Shown here one piece after another: positions 43,950-56,537 of a stretch of DNA of 64,000 nucleotides. A model generated the notes under the pieces. It had not been told where the DNA came from, ran no database searches, and worked only from the letters and a program-made list of their open reading frames with translations. The position numbers were made by a program, and so were the translations under genes. The stretch's first letter is position 1. Every line of letters starts with the position of its first letter. Source of the DNA: Curvularia clavata (Eukaryota); NCBI GenBank assembly GCA_023920165.1, contig CP089277.1:4216001-4280000 (forward strand). The letters are read 5' to 3'.

Positions 43950-44438
43950 CTAGTTATGCTCGTCACTAGGCTCAGTCCTGTCGCGCTGTTGCCTACAGAC
44001 GTTGATTCTTCGTCGGGCTCGTTTGGCTTTAGTGATCTCGATATCTTCGTCGCTATCATTGTCATCGTTTTTGCGTCTCCGCTTGTCGCCGCGCGACTGA
44101 CTCGGCTTATAGGTCTGCTTCCGGCGCTGGATACTAGTCCTCGCCTGTGTCATCCAGAACATCATGGCGGATATTCTCCATGGTATGGGAGCATTGCATA
44201 GTTCTGGAAACTCTTCGTACATAAGCCCGATGTGCCTTTTTTGTACCGGAAGTTTGTTGGCGCCCTAGTAGGTAACTAGACCTGGATTGATTTTTCGAAA
44301 TGCAGCTGCCTGTCGCGCTTTAAGGTCCGTCTTCGTGTCGGCGTCATCAATCCCAAAGCCTTTGAAGAATTCGTCTTCTTTTCTGACGGTGACATTGTTG
44401 TAGTTAAAGTCGGTTACTGGTGGTTTGTGGTTGTCCAT
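43950..44438 (-). pseudogene. Diverged paralogue of the SNF2 gene's N-terminal domain
   Basis: PPVTDFNYNN..FFKGFGIDD..MYEEFPELCNAP..SQSRGDKRRR aligns with PPVLNFDYNN..FFEGFGIED..MYEKFPELCDAP..SQSCGDKRRR at 41809-41450; 3' extent uncertain. Confidence 0.8.
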
Positions 44439-46095
44439 AGCCACGTTGACAATATATTTGTGGAGCGATGGGTTGAACGTGATGCGTCGTGAATCGTGGC
44501 TAATTGCTGCAAATAGGTGGGGGGGCAAATGTCATTGTTAGTATGTATGGCCACATGACTAGACTAGTAGATGTAGCCACTGTGAAGAAGCAGCCTGTGG
44601 CGCACGAATGAAAATGGGCGTATATTGTTTGCAGCAGATAGCAGTGGAAGCTGTTTTGCCTCTACCCTAACATACGAGAGAAAGGAGCAGATTGTTTTAC
44701 CGCTGCTCGCAGTGCATAGCTGTTATTTGCGGGAAAAGGTAGAAAACGGAGTTTTGCCGCTAATCGCAGTCGATGGGAGTATTTTGCTACGAATTGCAGT
44801 GCACTGCTGCTGTTTAAAGCCAATGGCTGGTAATTTGCAAAGCTGCGAGAAATGAAGCCAAGCCAAAGTAGACGCTCCAGCTCAATCGGTTATGTGTAAA
44901 TCTTAAAAGTTTGGCTTGACCGATTTCAACGAGCTTGGCCTGGTTTGGCTGCTAACCTGTCTATTATTGTGTCGTCATATTGCTATCAAATGGTGGCTGA
45001 GCACTAGACGTTTGAAAGACTTGGTTACCAAAGTCTATAGTTGGCGGTAGGCGTAAACATAAGTGTCTGCTAGTATTGCAGGCGCAAGCTCGAGAGCGGT
45101 CTGAATTACGGAGTTAGCATATACCCCACGCATGAGCTACTCAAGCTGCTTAGTATAAGCTGATTTCTTCATAAACATGCCTTTGCTTTGCCGCTCAACA
45201 CAGCAGACACGTGTCTTAACAGCATTGGCACTATACTTCTACTCAGAGAGCTCGCAAATTCTACGCAAGAAACCCTGGCAGATAGGCGTCATGGACGAGG
45301 CTTCGCTGAGATCTGAGATATACTAGAGGACGTACTTGTGAGGAGGACCCTGTACAAGATGGGAGCTGTATGCTGTGATGCAGAGGATGAAACAGGTCTT
45401 CTTTAGAAACTTGAAGCATGGTGGATGCGAAGTCACTAGGCACATTAGCCACAATGGCGCATATCAGCAGCGATATTCTCACTTTCCTCTCGTCTAAGAC
45501 GCTGGGGAGCAATTATAGATTGTAGTCTACCTAGCCTTTACCTGTGGATCAAGCCAACGTGAAATGAACGTGGAGTGGACGTCTGATTGCCCAGGGCCTA
45601 CTTTTACCCTCTCCTCCTTATAGCACAAATATCGTCCACCATAACCCAACCTTTCTTCCCTCCGTCGCTTCAAGTGTCCAGTCTACCAGTACTGAACTGG
45701 CCGGGTAAACCCCAATATTCTGAATCATTCCTCCACTGCCAATCATCAGTTCCGACTTCTCTCACGGCTGTTTTTGTGCGCCTAGCTTGGTGTATTTGCC
45801 ACCATCACGGGCGTTTGCTCTCGTAAAAGCGCTCGCCAAGACCATCCGGCTTTGACTCCTGCCAGCCTCCAGTTCTTACTCAACTACCACTTCTTCCCTT
45901 ACGCTGCCGACCGCACTCAGTCCTAACGCAAGTATCGCGCGTCTCTTACTCGGCCAACCTCGCTCAGTCCTTACGCAACCATCACTCACTCTATCCAGCC
46001 CTTAGTTCTGTACCAGGTGCGTCTCTCGTCGGAACACCGCTGTTGTGCTTTGCTAACTGCAAATCTAGCTGCCTTTACAGCTACCGCTCGCCAGT

Positions 46096-48444
46096 ATGGC
46101 CGATTCTGCGGTCCACCACTATCTAGCCAGCACGACGGCGGTCCACCATGCCGACCGGCGCTTTGTGGTAGGAGTTGCGGTAATCAAATGTGACGACAGC
46201 TCTATCACCTTAGGACAGCTACGAGAGCCCAATCTCGAGGACTACAAGTGCGGCATCTGCCAGGAGTTTGGTCACAAGAAGGCTGTCTGCCCCAACAAAC
46301 AGAAGATGCAGAAGTGCAAGAACTGCGACGAGTACGGACACGTCAAGTCACAGTGCCCCTCCATTATCTGCAGTAACTGCTTTGAGCAGGGCCATCTTAA
46401 GGTTGCCTGTCCAATACCTCCTCTCTGTAAGCATTGCGGCGAGCGCGGGCACATGGCTAGAGAGTGTCCAGAAAAGGTGAAAGCGAAGAAGCAGCAACAA
46501 CGCCATACTTGCCGGTCTTGTGGAGACACGAGCCACGGCACAGACAACTGCACGACGAAGAAGTGTAGCAACTGCTCGCAGCTCGGGCATTTAGTGGACG
46601 ATTGCATGATGGGAGTTTAGTCCCTTGGCGTTGCTACCACGACAGTGCCCATCAACACCGAGACTACCACCGCCAGCGACGAGGAGCTGGCTCCGCCTGT
46701 AGGTGGGCTCCCAGCTGACTATAATGCACAATCTCTCACCATGAGGTTCGTTACCATCATCCAGCCTCAGTATGCGTCTTCAATTGGGTTTGACTTCGAA
46801 GGGTCGTTCAACTCCCCTGCTACCCGCAGTAGTCGCGAGCACAAGTCTGCCGCAATCACATTCCTGTACAGGAATATTGTCGACTGTAATATTTTCGAGA
46901 TTGAGACCGCCGATGCTCTGCTTGCAAAGCACGTCCCTGCTCAAGACATTAAGATCTTCCAGAGACAACTACACTACTGCGAGGAAATGAAACTTCTCTA
47001 CATCCGGCTACGTATGCGCACCAACGGCAACCAAGACCCAGTTGACGAGACTAGCCGTCCTTTATTTGGGCGTGCGATGTACATGGACTCCGACTTTGGT
47101 CCCTTCACCGCACAGCTGCATCAGGCTCGGGATATACTTGCCGGAGCTGACGTGGTGACAATCCATTTCTTTACCGTTACTATGGATACTCTAGCGTCTC
47201 GCATAATGGACGTGATGGCCACCATGGAGCAAGAGCACTCTGCGAACCCGATTCTGCGCTGGTGGGCCCAAGGTAAGGTCAATCCCCAGACTGGCATGCA
47301 GATGAGGAAAGAGGATCGCCCCGCCAGCTTCAAAATTAGCAAGCTCTACACCTTCAAAAGCCTAGAGGAGTACATTACGATACACTTCCAGAATCTGGTC
47401 CACGAGCTCGAGAGCATCGAGAGGCCCGGGTACACGCTTACCAGAGTACGGATTGCTACATTTCCAGCTAGTGCCGGCCAGTTGTACTACGCGCACATTG
47501 CCATCCCTCCAGCAAAAGATGACGCCCCTAATACTCACTTCCGTGAGGGCTCAACGCTGGACGTATGCTTTAGAGATCAGGAAGATCCCGAAGAAAAGCC
47601 ATAGGAATTTCAGATCATCACAGCGACGCCATACACCCATGCCAACGAGTACGCTAGGTACCTCCGCCGCCTACGTCTACAGAGAAGCTTCGTCGTAGAT
47701 CCTGTTTTTGAAGAGGGCATTCATGTCGTCGACACTACGAACTTCGAATCTTCGAAGGATCTACGCGACGCCATAGGAGACCTAGCTGACATCAGATGCT
47801 ACATTCGCGAGCGGGTTCCCACGGTTGGAGTTAGGCGCGCCATCAACACAATCAATCACATGTACCTTGGCCGATCGGGCTTTTGCCAAGAGATACAACT
47901 GTTGCTGGCAAACAACACGCGAAGCCTACCGACGGTCGACTACTTCGAGGGTCGTCTTACACAGGTCTACGGAGCGGATGCTGTTGCTCAAGAGCTGCAG
48001 CACATGGCAGCTAGACTTGGTGCAGAGCAGTTGCAGGTCTTAACCGCCTTGCGCCAGATCCACGCAGGTCTTCTCCTGGTACAAGGCCCAGGTGGAGTAG
48101 GTAAATCCGACATTTTGGTTGGTCTTGGTGCACTCTATTACCGCTTGGAGGCACGTCGCGCACAAGACAAGACAAAACGACTTGCCCCTCCGATCTGGGC
48201 CGTATCACCTATCAACAAGCAGCTGGACGACATCACAGTCAAGCTTTTCAACCGACATCAAGAAGAGCGCAGCGATCTGTTGAGAGAGGGCATCGAGGCG
48301 CCGCCACCAATCTTTATTCGACGACACATGGGCAGCACAGAGAAGCGGGTGTATAGAAAGGACGCCGAAGCTCAGCGCATACACGTCCGATGAGAGACAC
48401 TACCTCCTTACTTTGAAGGCCTACCTGAAGAAACCGAGGATACC

Positions 48445-48476
<32 letters not shown>

Positions 48477-50085
48477 CGACGCCGAGGAAGGGGATAAGGA
48501 GACCAGACTAGAGACGCAATAGAGGCGCTTCGCCCGCTCTTTTATTACAGCGACGCGTATCCAGCGCGAATATGCGAGCAACCACTCTACTGACTTTGAC
48601 AAGCGTCTCTAACTCGAGGAGTTCTCTGAGGGGCGTTGGATCCTCCGTCGCGCTGGTGTTTTGGAGCCAGATGGGGCACTGCACGAAATTGCAGACCCCG
48701 ACAAGTACACAGAGTTCCAGGAACTTCTTGTATTTCTGTCACAGGGTGAAGCCTTCGACAGCGATCGGATGACGCGACTGACTCTGTTGGCAAACCAGAT
48801 TGTAGCGGATCTTGCGACCATGGCCGACGGCATCTGTATGACACCGGACGTGGTGTCCTAGACTCGGGCCCACCAGCTTGGCCAGCCCAGCGCTGTCCTA
48901 CACGATGAGGCTGGGAAGACGCCAGAATACGGTAGTCTTGCCGCTCTTGTGTTCAGTCGCCCATACGCTGTGGGCGCTAGGACTATAAGTATACTTCCCA
49001 ACACTCACATCCCTTATGTGCTCTTTCGAGACATTTACCAGCCCGAGCCCCTTCTTGGTCGTAGCGCTCAGTCTCATCCCTTTGGAGAGCAGACTACGGT
49101 CCCCCTGTTCTCGCGTCTGGTCAACGTTGGTCATAACACTGTTTGGCTCCGGGAACAGCATCGGTCCAACAGTGACATTAACGATTTCATCAACTCCATG
49201 ATTCCCCGTAGTCAAATGAGTGTCGCCCCCGGTGTGGATAACCGGCAAGCCAATCAGCTGGCTTCTGCGTGCGCCAACAAGTTATTTGGAGTATCCAAGC
49301 GAGTGATCTTTGTGAGCCTGCCTAGCAAAGATAGAAGTCTGCCATCTTCCAAGTCCCGCTACAACGACAGCTTCGTGGGTCCCGTATGGAAGATCGTTCT
49401 CCGTCTACTAGACGAGGGTTTCGAAGCGTCGCATATTGCCATCATCTCCGCATACACTGCCCAGGTCGGCGCATATCGTTTTATCCAGCACGCCATCGCC
49501 GAGTGGTGTCTGCAGCAGGACAAGAGCTCACTCATGTATCGTGTCGCCTCTCGAATCCCCGAGGTAGAATGCTTTACAGTAGATAAGATGCAGGGTGCCC
49601 AGAAGGATATTATCATCCACTGCACTACGGTCGCCGGCGATCTCGGCTTCACACGCGACAACGCTCGTCAACTTCTTGCCAATAGCCGCGCGCGCTCGCT
49701 GCTCATCATGATTGGCGACCACGACGCTGTGAGCGCTCACTACACCAGCAAGGATCGCTATCGGTATCGCGAGTCTGCCTACTACAGAGCCATTATCTGG
49801 TGCAACAGGAACAAGACTTTCATCAATCTGCAGCACCGCCCCGAGACAGTCAAGTAGTGGCAGGTAGACGGTTTCCCCATGCAGGACATACTCGATGAGT
49901 TTCACTCTACCGTCAACAACAAGGCTGCGATTTCTTTTGACCCTGCAGACCAGTTGGAGGAGATTGAGTACGAAGGCGTTAGCGGTGATGGGCACGAAGG
50001 CGATGGCGGTAATGGGCACGAAGGCGATGGCGGTGATGGGCACGAAGGTGTTAGCGGTAACAATGGAAACGGCAATGTCGATTAG
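46096..50085 (+). pseudogene. 6x CCHC zinc knuckle plus Upf1/DNA2-like SF1B helicase, ~1330 codons
   Basis: One continuous frame with 7 in-frame stops (46618, 47602, 48391, 48520, 48610, 48859, 49855); six CX2CX4HX4C; QGPGGVGKS, LHDEAG, PLFSRL, LREQHR, ISAYTAQV, TVDKMQGAQ, SRARSLLIMIGD; putative 5'UTR intron 46017-46068. Confidence 0.9.
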
Positions 50086-50666
50086 TCGCAACAGTCACAG
50101 GGCACGTTTACTGCGAGCTCGAGTGGAACCAACGCCTGGGACTAGTCTGTTAAGACTGCGGTCAATCGGACAGATAAGAACATGTGAGAGAGGTAGCTAA
50201 CTTGAGCGACAAGAGGTTTGCTTAGGTGGTCAAGATGGACGTTTTGCTGACTGGATCGTACATGGGACAAAAAAATGCGAGTCTTGCAACTGATGTATAT
50301 AGCCCAGCTTGGCATACTCAATACTTGAACTACCACCAGAACCGCCAATTCATTCTACCATACTTGCTTGCATAGTCGATGCATTCAACTAAGGTCCTTG
50401 AAGGGATACTGCGTATGTGATATTGATGCACATAGCTCCTATGCTTTGTCGGGGTTCTGACTTGTAGGTGCATGGTTCTTCAAGTCAGAAAATCTCTCTT
50501 ATACCCTAGTATTGTGAGACTAACAGTTGTAAATAGCAGTACACAGTAGAAAATTACCGCGCACTATGGTAAATAATACTAAGTAGTTGTATAGTTATCA
50601 TTTGCATGAAATAGTAATAAATTGCAGAAAATTGATACAAGTCTGCATAAATCACCTGAACTGGTA

Positions 50667-50738
50667 TCGATAGCAATTCATCTAGTGCATACACGGCTGT
50701 TAACGCACAGTTCTCTCTCATCTATCTCGCGCTGTACC
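50667..50738. repeat. Fragment of the TIR family seen at 25632-26391
   Basis: CGATAGCAATTCATCTAGTG..ACGGCTGTTAACGCACAGTTCTCTCTCATCTATCTCGCGCTGTAC matches 26291-26360 and the reverse complement of 25667-25737. Confidence 0.8.
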
Positions 50739-51705
50739 ATTGTTCTACTAAAATTCTGACAAGTAGTAGTAAATAGTAGTAAATAGCACTGTCAGAAGTA
50801 GAATGTTGAGCAGAAGTATGATGGCGTTAAGACCCTAACAGGATTTATATTGATAACTAGATAAAGTAACAAAATAATAGAAATAATATCTTTGTCAATG
50901 AATCGTATAGTATGCTTATGTCTATAATTTAGATTGGATCTTCTACGCCATAGGACCTTACTGTCTATTCTTATAATTATGTACACTCTTGTACGGCGAA
51001 ACAGCAGTTAATGGGGAGATACCCTGACTCCTCTCAAGCCTCATCCCCTACGTCCAGCTCTCTTTCTTCCTAGCAAGCTACAATAGGCAGCTTCAGAGGC
51101 CCTAAACAAGCTCATCAGCGCGACGTCTCAAGTTACTTCTGAACGTTCTGGTCAATCCAGTTGTATTGTAGTGAATCGCCATGTCAAGAACTCACCAATT
51201 TCTTGTAATGTAATGAGCATCGGAAGAAAATAAGAACGGCATTGGAAAGTGCCAATTGTATTCTAGTACATGCCTAAATATTGAAGATTTTTAGCCACCG
51301 GAACATGTCAAAAAAGATGTTTGAGTATAGGATATATTCCCGACATATATACACACGTGTATATGAGGCCGACTTCACGCAGTACAAGTAGCACGGAGAG
51401 GAAGATGGTAACTGACAGCGATCTACTTGAGTGAACAAAGATAGCAGATACTGACTGAGCTGAGTACAGATGGTGTCTTGGTAATACACCATAGAGATAG
51501 AGCTAATCACAGCAGAAAATCAGGCAAAAAGACTTAAGCAGCAATCAGAGCGCTGCTCAATCAGTTTGTCCAGCCTACAGCCTGGCAGCAAGAACAAAGA
51601 GAGACAGAGAGCAAAGGTAGCGAAACATAGCAAAAGGTGGCGCAGATGACAGCTGAGTCAGCCTTTTGGGTCTGAGGCTTTGTAGGGAGAGAGCACCTAC
51701 TCTCC

Positions 51706-51776
51706 TGTGAATATGAGAGCTGTGAATATGAGAGCTGTGAATATGAGAACAATCACTCCATTGTGAATATGAGAGC
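51706..51776. repeat. 15-bp repeat TGTGAATATGAGAGC (3 tandem copies plus 1 spaced)
   Basis: Directly visible, ~130 bp upstream of the ATG at 51910. Confidence 0.92.
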
Positions 51777-51909
51777 GCCCATATTGAAGAACGAACTCAT
51801 CAATACAATACAAACAGTGGATGCAGCATTTTATATGCAGCTACGTTCAGAATCTCATATGATCATTTTTACCAGCTTACTCCTACTTCAAGCCTTATAC
51901 TCAACCAGA

Positions 51910-52629
51910 ATGAGTAACCGCCAATGCCCACAAGCGGATGCCCCTCCGTCTACACCTACGGCACCTCCATCCTGGTCCTTTGCTGCCCAGTATGCTAAAC
52001 CACTCCCACCAAGCCTTCAATTCGACCCTTCTTCTGGCTTTGGGAAGATGACAGACTACTTGAGCACCCAGCTACCTAGTGCTTACCCTACTACCTCTCT
52101 TAAAATCTGCCCTGTTGTCGCGACGTATCGGACGGGCGCTATCAAAAAGGCATGGGTAAACCAAGAGGGACTCTCTGAAGAGGCAAAAAAGGAGTATGCT
52201 TGCGGCGCTACACTCAGCACCGCTGTCAAGAACTGGACACAAGGTGGGACTGTTGGTGTCGTTACTTCTAGCATGTCAAGCGCATCAGAACAGTCTCAAG
52301 GCTTCAATGACTGGCATGCGGTAGGTATGGCGCTACTGAATGATGAAGTATGGGTGCACGATCCAGCATACGATGCAAACGACTATACCGGCAAGATCAA
52401 AAGAGTTGATGGAGTAAATGGGACGGGTATGGTGCATCAATTGGTCCAGTCCTGGCCACGGGTTCGAGGCGTGTATTTCCAAGGACCACCGACTAGCTAT
52501 AGTCCTAACCAGATGGAGTGCATGGGGCGGAGTGCGCAGTGGGTAGAGGCGACTGTAGCTGGTGAGCTTCCATGGCCACCCAACAAAGATGCATCAGGTG
52601 GCGTGTAGACATGGCACTCTCGTAATTAG
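51910..52629 (+). pseudogene. Hypothetical protein with His-Asp-Cys order suggestive of a clan CE (Ulp1/adenain-like) cysteine protease
   Basis: DWHAVGMALLNDEVWVHDP ... NQMECMG; a TAG at 52606 probably replaces TGG 7 codons before a second stop, so the gene could also be intact and end at 52608. Confidence 0.5.
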
Positions 52630-53737
52630 TTGTATAAGCCTAAATCTACTCGCTGCTTCTCTATTGAGCCAAATCAAGCTATATTTGGATTTGCTGCAAA
52701 TTGCCAAACCGCGCTACCACTACTTTACACGGTTGCAACACCAAAAAACCTTGACATTTCTAGTTTCTCATTCGATAGAAATTGCTATTCTAATCTTTAT
52801 TGCCGTAGTGGGGTTATCTTGTTAGAGTCGCTATAGTACCTGACTTAGAGTACCGCGCGCCCGCATCCCAGAATTATATCCAAGACTAGTTACCAATCTA
52901 ACGCCAGGTAATTACAGATACATAGACATCAAAAGGAATTGGATATATATAGAGAGGCGATAATAGTAAGTGACAATGCGTAGCAGTAAGTGGTGATACA
53001 ATAGTAAATAGTTAGTAGGGAATGTTGAACTATTCGCAAAGAGTGGAGAGTAGCAAATAGTTGGTAATAATTTGGAAAAGACGGTGAATAGCATGGAAGG
53101 GGAGTAAATAGTAAGAATAATTACATATAAGCTATCACTTATAACTAGTATCTTAATTATACTTATAGCACATAACAGGTTATGGTCACTGGTGGGGAAG
53201 CTAGATCGATTTCTTAATATGGTCAAGCAAGAGCGCCATACCATTATGACGGCGAGTAAGGCGCTTGAAGGCTACTTAAGGCTAGATAGTATTGTTAGTG
53301 TGCCCATCAGTTGGAAGTAGGCTCTCATCATTGATTCCGACGTCTACTTGATCTAGTACGTGATGGAGGAAGTTACGGATAGCAAAGTAGAATAATGGGT
53401 TGTTAGGATATAGCAGCTACTAATAACACAAGATAGAATTGCGTTTTCTGTACTAGGACACGAGATCCCACTATTTGTGTTGTTTTCTTTAGTGACTTCT
53501 ACGAAACGTAGTCATTGTTCAAATTTGCAAACCTTGTATATTATTTACACAAAATCGTAGCGAATTACTGACAATAGTCTCCAATTGACGGGATTTGCAT
53601 AGAATAGTGGCAGATTGCAGAGAGAAAACAATACTATCTTTAGCTAGTTACAAAGATTGCAAGAGTAAATGTCAATACGTGGCCACATGACAGCGTAGCG
53701 CGACCGCATGCCTTCCTTCGTCATCTCCATTCTGCTC

Positions 53738-54094
53738 CTACTCCTGCTCTGGCACCTGCTCTGGCACCTGCTCTGGGTTTTCGCCCTTCTTCTTCTTCCT
53801 GTCCTTTCTCCTTTCCTTCTTGGGTTTGTACCAATCTTCATTCTCTCTTTTCGCTTGTTCCTCCGCTGCCTTCTGCTGCTCCCGCTGCTTTCTCTCTTGG
53901 CGTGCTGCAGCTTGCAATCTGCCTTTGCGCTCCATGCAACCAGGTTGGTTTTTGAGATGGGGTTTTCCACATCCATTTCGGCACATCATGGCATGGGTCG
54001 TACAGTACGTTCTACATGGGGACTGGATGCAGTTTCCGGCGCTTATGTCCCCAATCGGAACGTTTCGCCCAGGGCAATGATGCTTAGTTGGCAT
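53738..54094 (-). CDS. Small Cys/His-rich protein with charged coiled-coil tail
   Basis: HHC..C....C..YC..H...C...C...H..C pattern followed by a K/R/E-rich tail; no family recognised. Confidence 0.45.
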   Translation of the reverse strand: MPTKHHCPGRNVPIGDISAGNCIQSPCRTYCTTHAMMCRNGCGKPHLKNQPGCMERKGRLQAAARQERKQREQQKAAEEQAKRENEDWYKPKKERRKDRKKKKGENPEQVPEQVPEQE

Positions 54095-54456
54095 CTTTGC
54101 CCTTTTTCAGTCTGAGTAATTTTCGCTCAACGGTTGCTTGCTTCTTGGGTGTTCCCAGTTGGGTTGTTTCGTTTCTGTCTGACAATGCGATTGTAGCACA
54201 TTGTAGGGAATCTTATGGTATACTTCTAGTGGGATAGCCAGAGAGTGAATCCCACAGCAGATAGGCAAAATATCTCGACATTGTGAAGAGTACCCTATAC
54301 GCTGTCCTGCATCGCGTGTGTTGTGCGCATACTGTGTTGAGCATATTGTTATACGTCAACGGCGCACGGTCGAGCTCCAACCCTTAAGTAACGTTGCCCC
54401 CATTCTTCTCTACTCTACTTGCGGAATCCACCTTCAACCCAACATTTCATCGCAAC

Positions 54457-54760
54457 ATGGAGTCATCTAACAGCATGGAGGGGCGCGACTACTCTCTTGT
54501 ATCCCCAGGCTCGACGCAGGAACGCCGTGCGGAAGAGGAATCTGAATCATCAACTCTCCATGACCAGGGTCTGCTTTCCCCAGAATCGTTTGAACGAAAG
54601 ATCCTCGCAGTGGCTTCCAAGAAATTCCCAAACGGCGTCGCAAAGATTGAGGGAATGGAGAGCGGTACTCACAACCGAGTTGTGGCTGTAACCATCGAGT
54701 CGCGGCGTCGACGCGGTTGGATGGCGTGGCTATAGCATTGCTTTCCAAGCTTCCACCGCA
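54457..54760 (+). pseudogene. N-terminal fragment resembling fungal APH/protein-kinase-like phosphotransferases
   Basis: FERKILAVASKKFP..KIEGMESGTHNRVVAVTI (glycine-loop-like GxxNRV); ends abruptly against the recombinase gene. Confidence 0.45.
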
Positions 54761-56428
54761 ACTGTTCCCCTGCGCATCATTTTGAAAACGGATCGTTAGT
54801 AACTCACTACCACGCGGTGGTGCACCTCCTGTCATATGCATAAGTACGGCAAGTGCGTGGCGGGCTTCTTGCATCGCTTGGTAGTATGCCTGGATGCGCT
54901 CCTTCACCCACACCAGCCCACCACCCCTCGCCATAGCCACGCGCGACGCAGCAGCATCAGCAAACTCATGTCGCAGTCGCTTCTCCTGCTGAATAAGTCC
55001 TAGCAGCCAGCGCTTGGGGTCACCTACACTAGTAGCCTGGCGGTTACGCGCATCTTCCATAAAACTCCACCCAGCCTGCTGCGCAGCCGCATTGTCCACC
55101 AGCTTATCCCAGTAAATAGCGGGACACGGCGTCGTCTCAGGCACCACATCGCCCTCAATGTCCAGCTGTAGTAGTAGCAATTGTTTCAGCATATCCTGTC
55201 GCGTGCTGGCAATCATGCCGTGCACCATCGTCCGTAGCTGCGCCATGCTGAACTGGATCTGCCCATACAACAACGTGTCGCCCACCCAGTCCACCACGCC
55301 CTCGGCATTAGTCGTGTACCGGATCTTGAAGCCAAATGCTCGCAGCCACAAAATGGCGTCCATGGGCGTGGGCTGCCCGTTGTAGTCGGTCAGCGCCATA
55401 AACCGGTGGCACATGTCCTGCACCAGCTCAAAATGGGTTGCTGCCGTCGTGCTGGCCGTCTCTTTGCTGTATCCCCCAGCCACCAGCTTGTCGATCTGGG
55501 CATTGCGCTTTTTGTGTGCTTGGTATAGCACTAGCATACGCGATATGCTAACCATGGCCGACTGCTTGGGGGTATACATGAGCGGATCTAGCCATGCCCT
55601 GTCCGCGCTGACACCCAACACAGCCATGCCACTGATCAAGCCGCTCTCATGATCGCTGCTGGCCAGCTTGTGATCCAGCAGTGCAAGCATAAATGCAAGC
55701 ACTTGGTCCTGCAGTGCCCGTTCGTGGTAACTGGGTGTATGCGCCATGTCCAGTAGCCATAGTCGGTCTAGTCCCTTCAAATGCCGTTTCCAGCCGACCC
55801 GGTTGAGCCATGTCTGGTATCCCCACTGGCTGCTGTCTTCTTCAATGATGTTGCTGGGGTTTCTGCGCTCTATCACCTGGTCTATCTGCGTGGTGGCAGC
55901 AGCCAATGCGCGCCTCAGCTGTGTCTCCTCCTCGTCACGATCTGGCTCAGCGGGCGGAGCGCCCTGGACTTCAAACAGCCGGCCCAGCGTGCTGGTGTTC
56001 TGGAACTTCTGGCACATGACGCTACCTGTCCACCTCTGCTGTATGCCTGCTGGACGGCCGACGCTGCGTGTATGGCTGCTAGTCCAGCCGTGGTGGTTCC
56101 GGCCATGCTCTTGCATCTTCTTCACGTGCCGGCAGATGTACCCACACTGACAGCACTGCAAGCCGTCTGTGTACACGGGCAGATGGGGTAGCGGCGCAGC
56201 ATCTGGGCGTGGAAACATGACCTCGTTTGGACTGTCGGCCCAGTTCTGCAGCCATGGCTCCTGGCTGGTGGCTTGTACTATGCTGCGTCGTATATGGGGA
56301 ACCAGCTCTTGGTGCTTGGTGTCTAAGTGGGTGCGTAGCTGCGACTTCACGACGCCCTGCTTGTGGCTCTTGCATATCGCTATGCAATGTATGGGTAAGT
56401 ACACAAAAATCTCTCTAAATAGATCCAT
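54761..56428 (-). pseudogene. Second DUF3505-like / tyrosine-recombinase-like gene, truncated after box I
   Basis: IAICKSHK..HLDTKH, CCQC..HGRNHHGW, CQKF, WLNRVGWKRHL, PMDAILWLRAFG, HMTGGAPPRGSELL; homology stops at FQNDAQGNS (~54761); internal deletion near ERALQD/QVLAF. Confidence 0.88.
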
Positions 56429-56537
56429 AGTAGTAAGTAGTTATAGCACAAGACATGCTATTATTGGTATAAACTGCTACGTAGTAGTGAACTGATCGCT
56501 ATTTACATTTTTGTTTGTTTTGGTTACTGGGCTGACA

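Noticed and set aside
46096..46620. Retrotransposon gag as the source of the zinc knuckles
   Set aside because: No protease, RT, integrase or LTR nearby, and the frame continues directly into an SF1 helicase.
37862..50085. Stop-codon readthrough or an alternative genetic code explaining the in-frame stops
   Set aside because: Stops fall at both expected Gln and Trp positions and include TAG, TAA and TGA. This fits C>T/G>A mutation (RIP), and neighbouring genes use TAG as a normal stop.
53708..54115. Leu-rich 135-aa membrane-like ORF on the + strand
   Set aside because: It is the antisense shadow of the K/E/R-rich minus-strand ORF.
54467..54760. C-terminal ~100 aa of the 653-aa ORF as real protein
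   Set aside because: It is antisense read-through across a rearrangement junction into another gene fragment.
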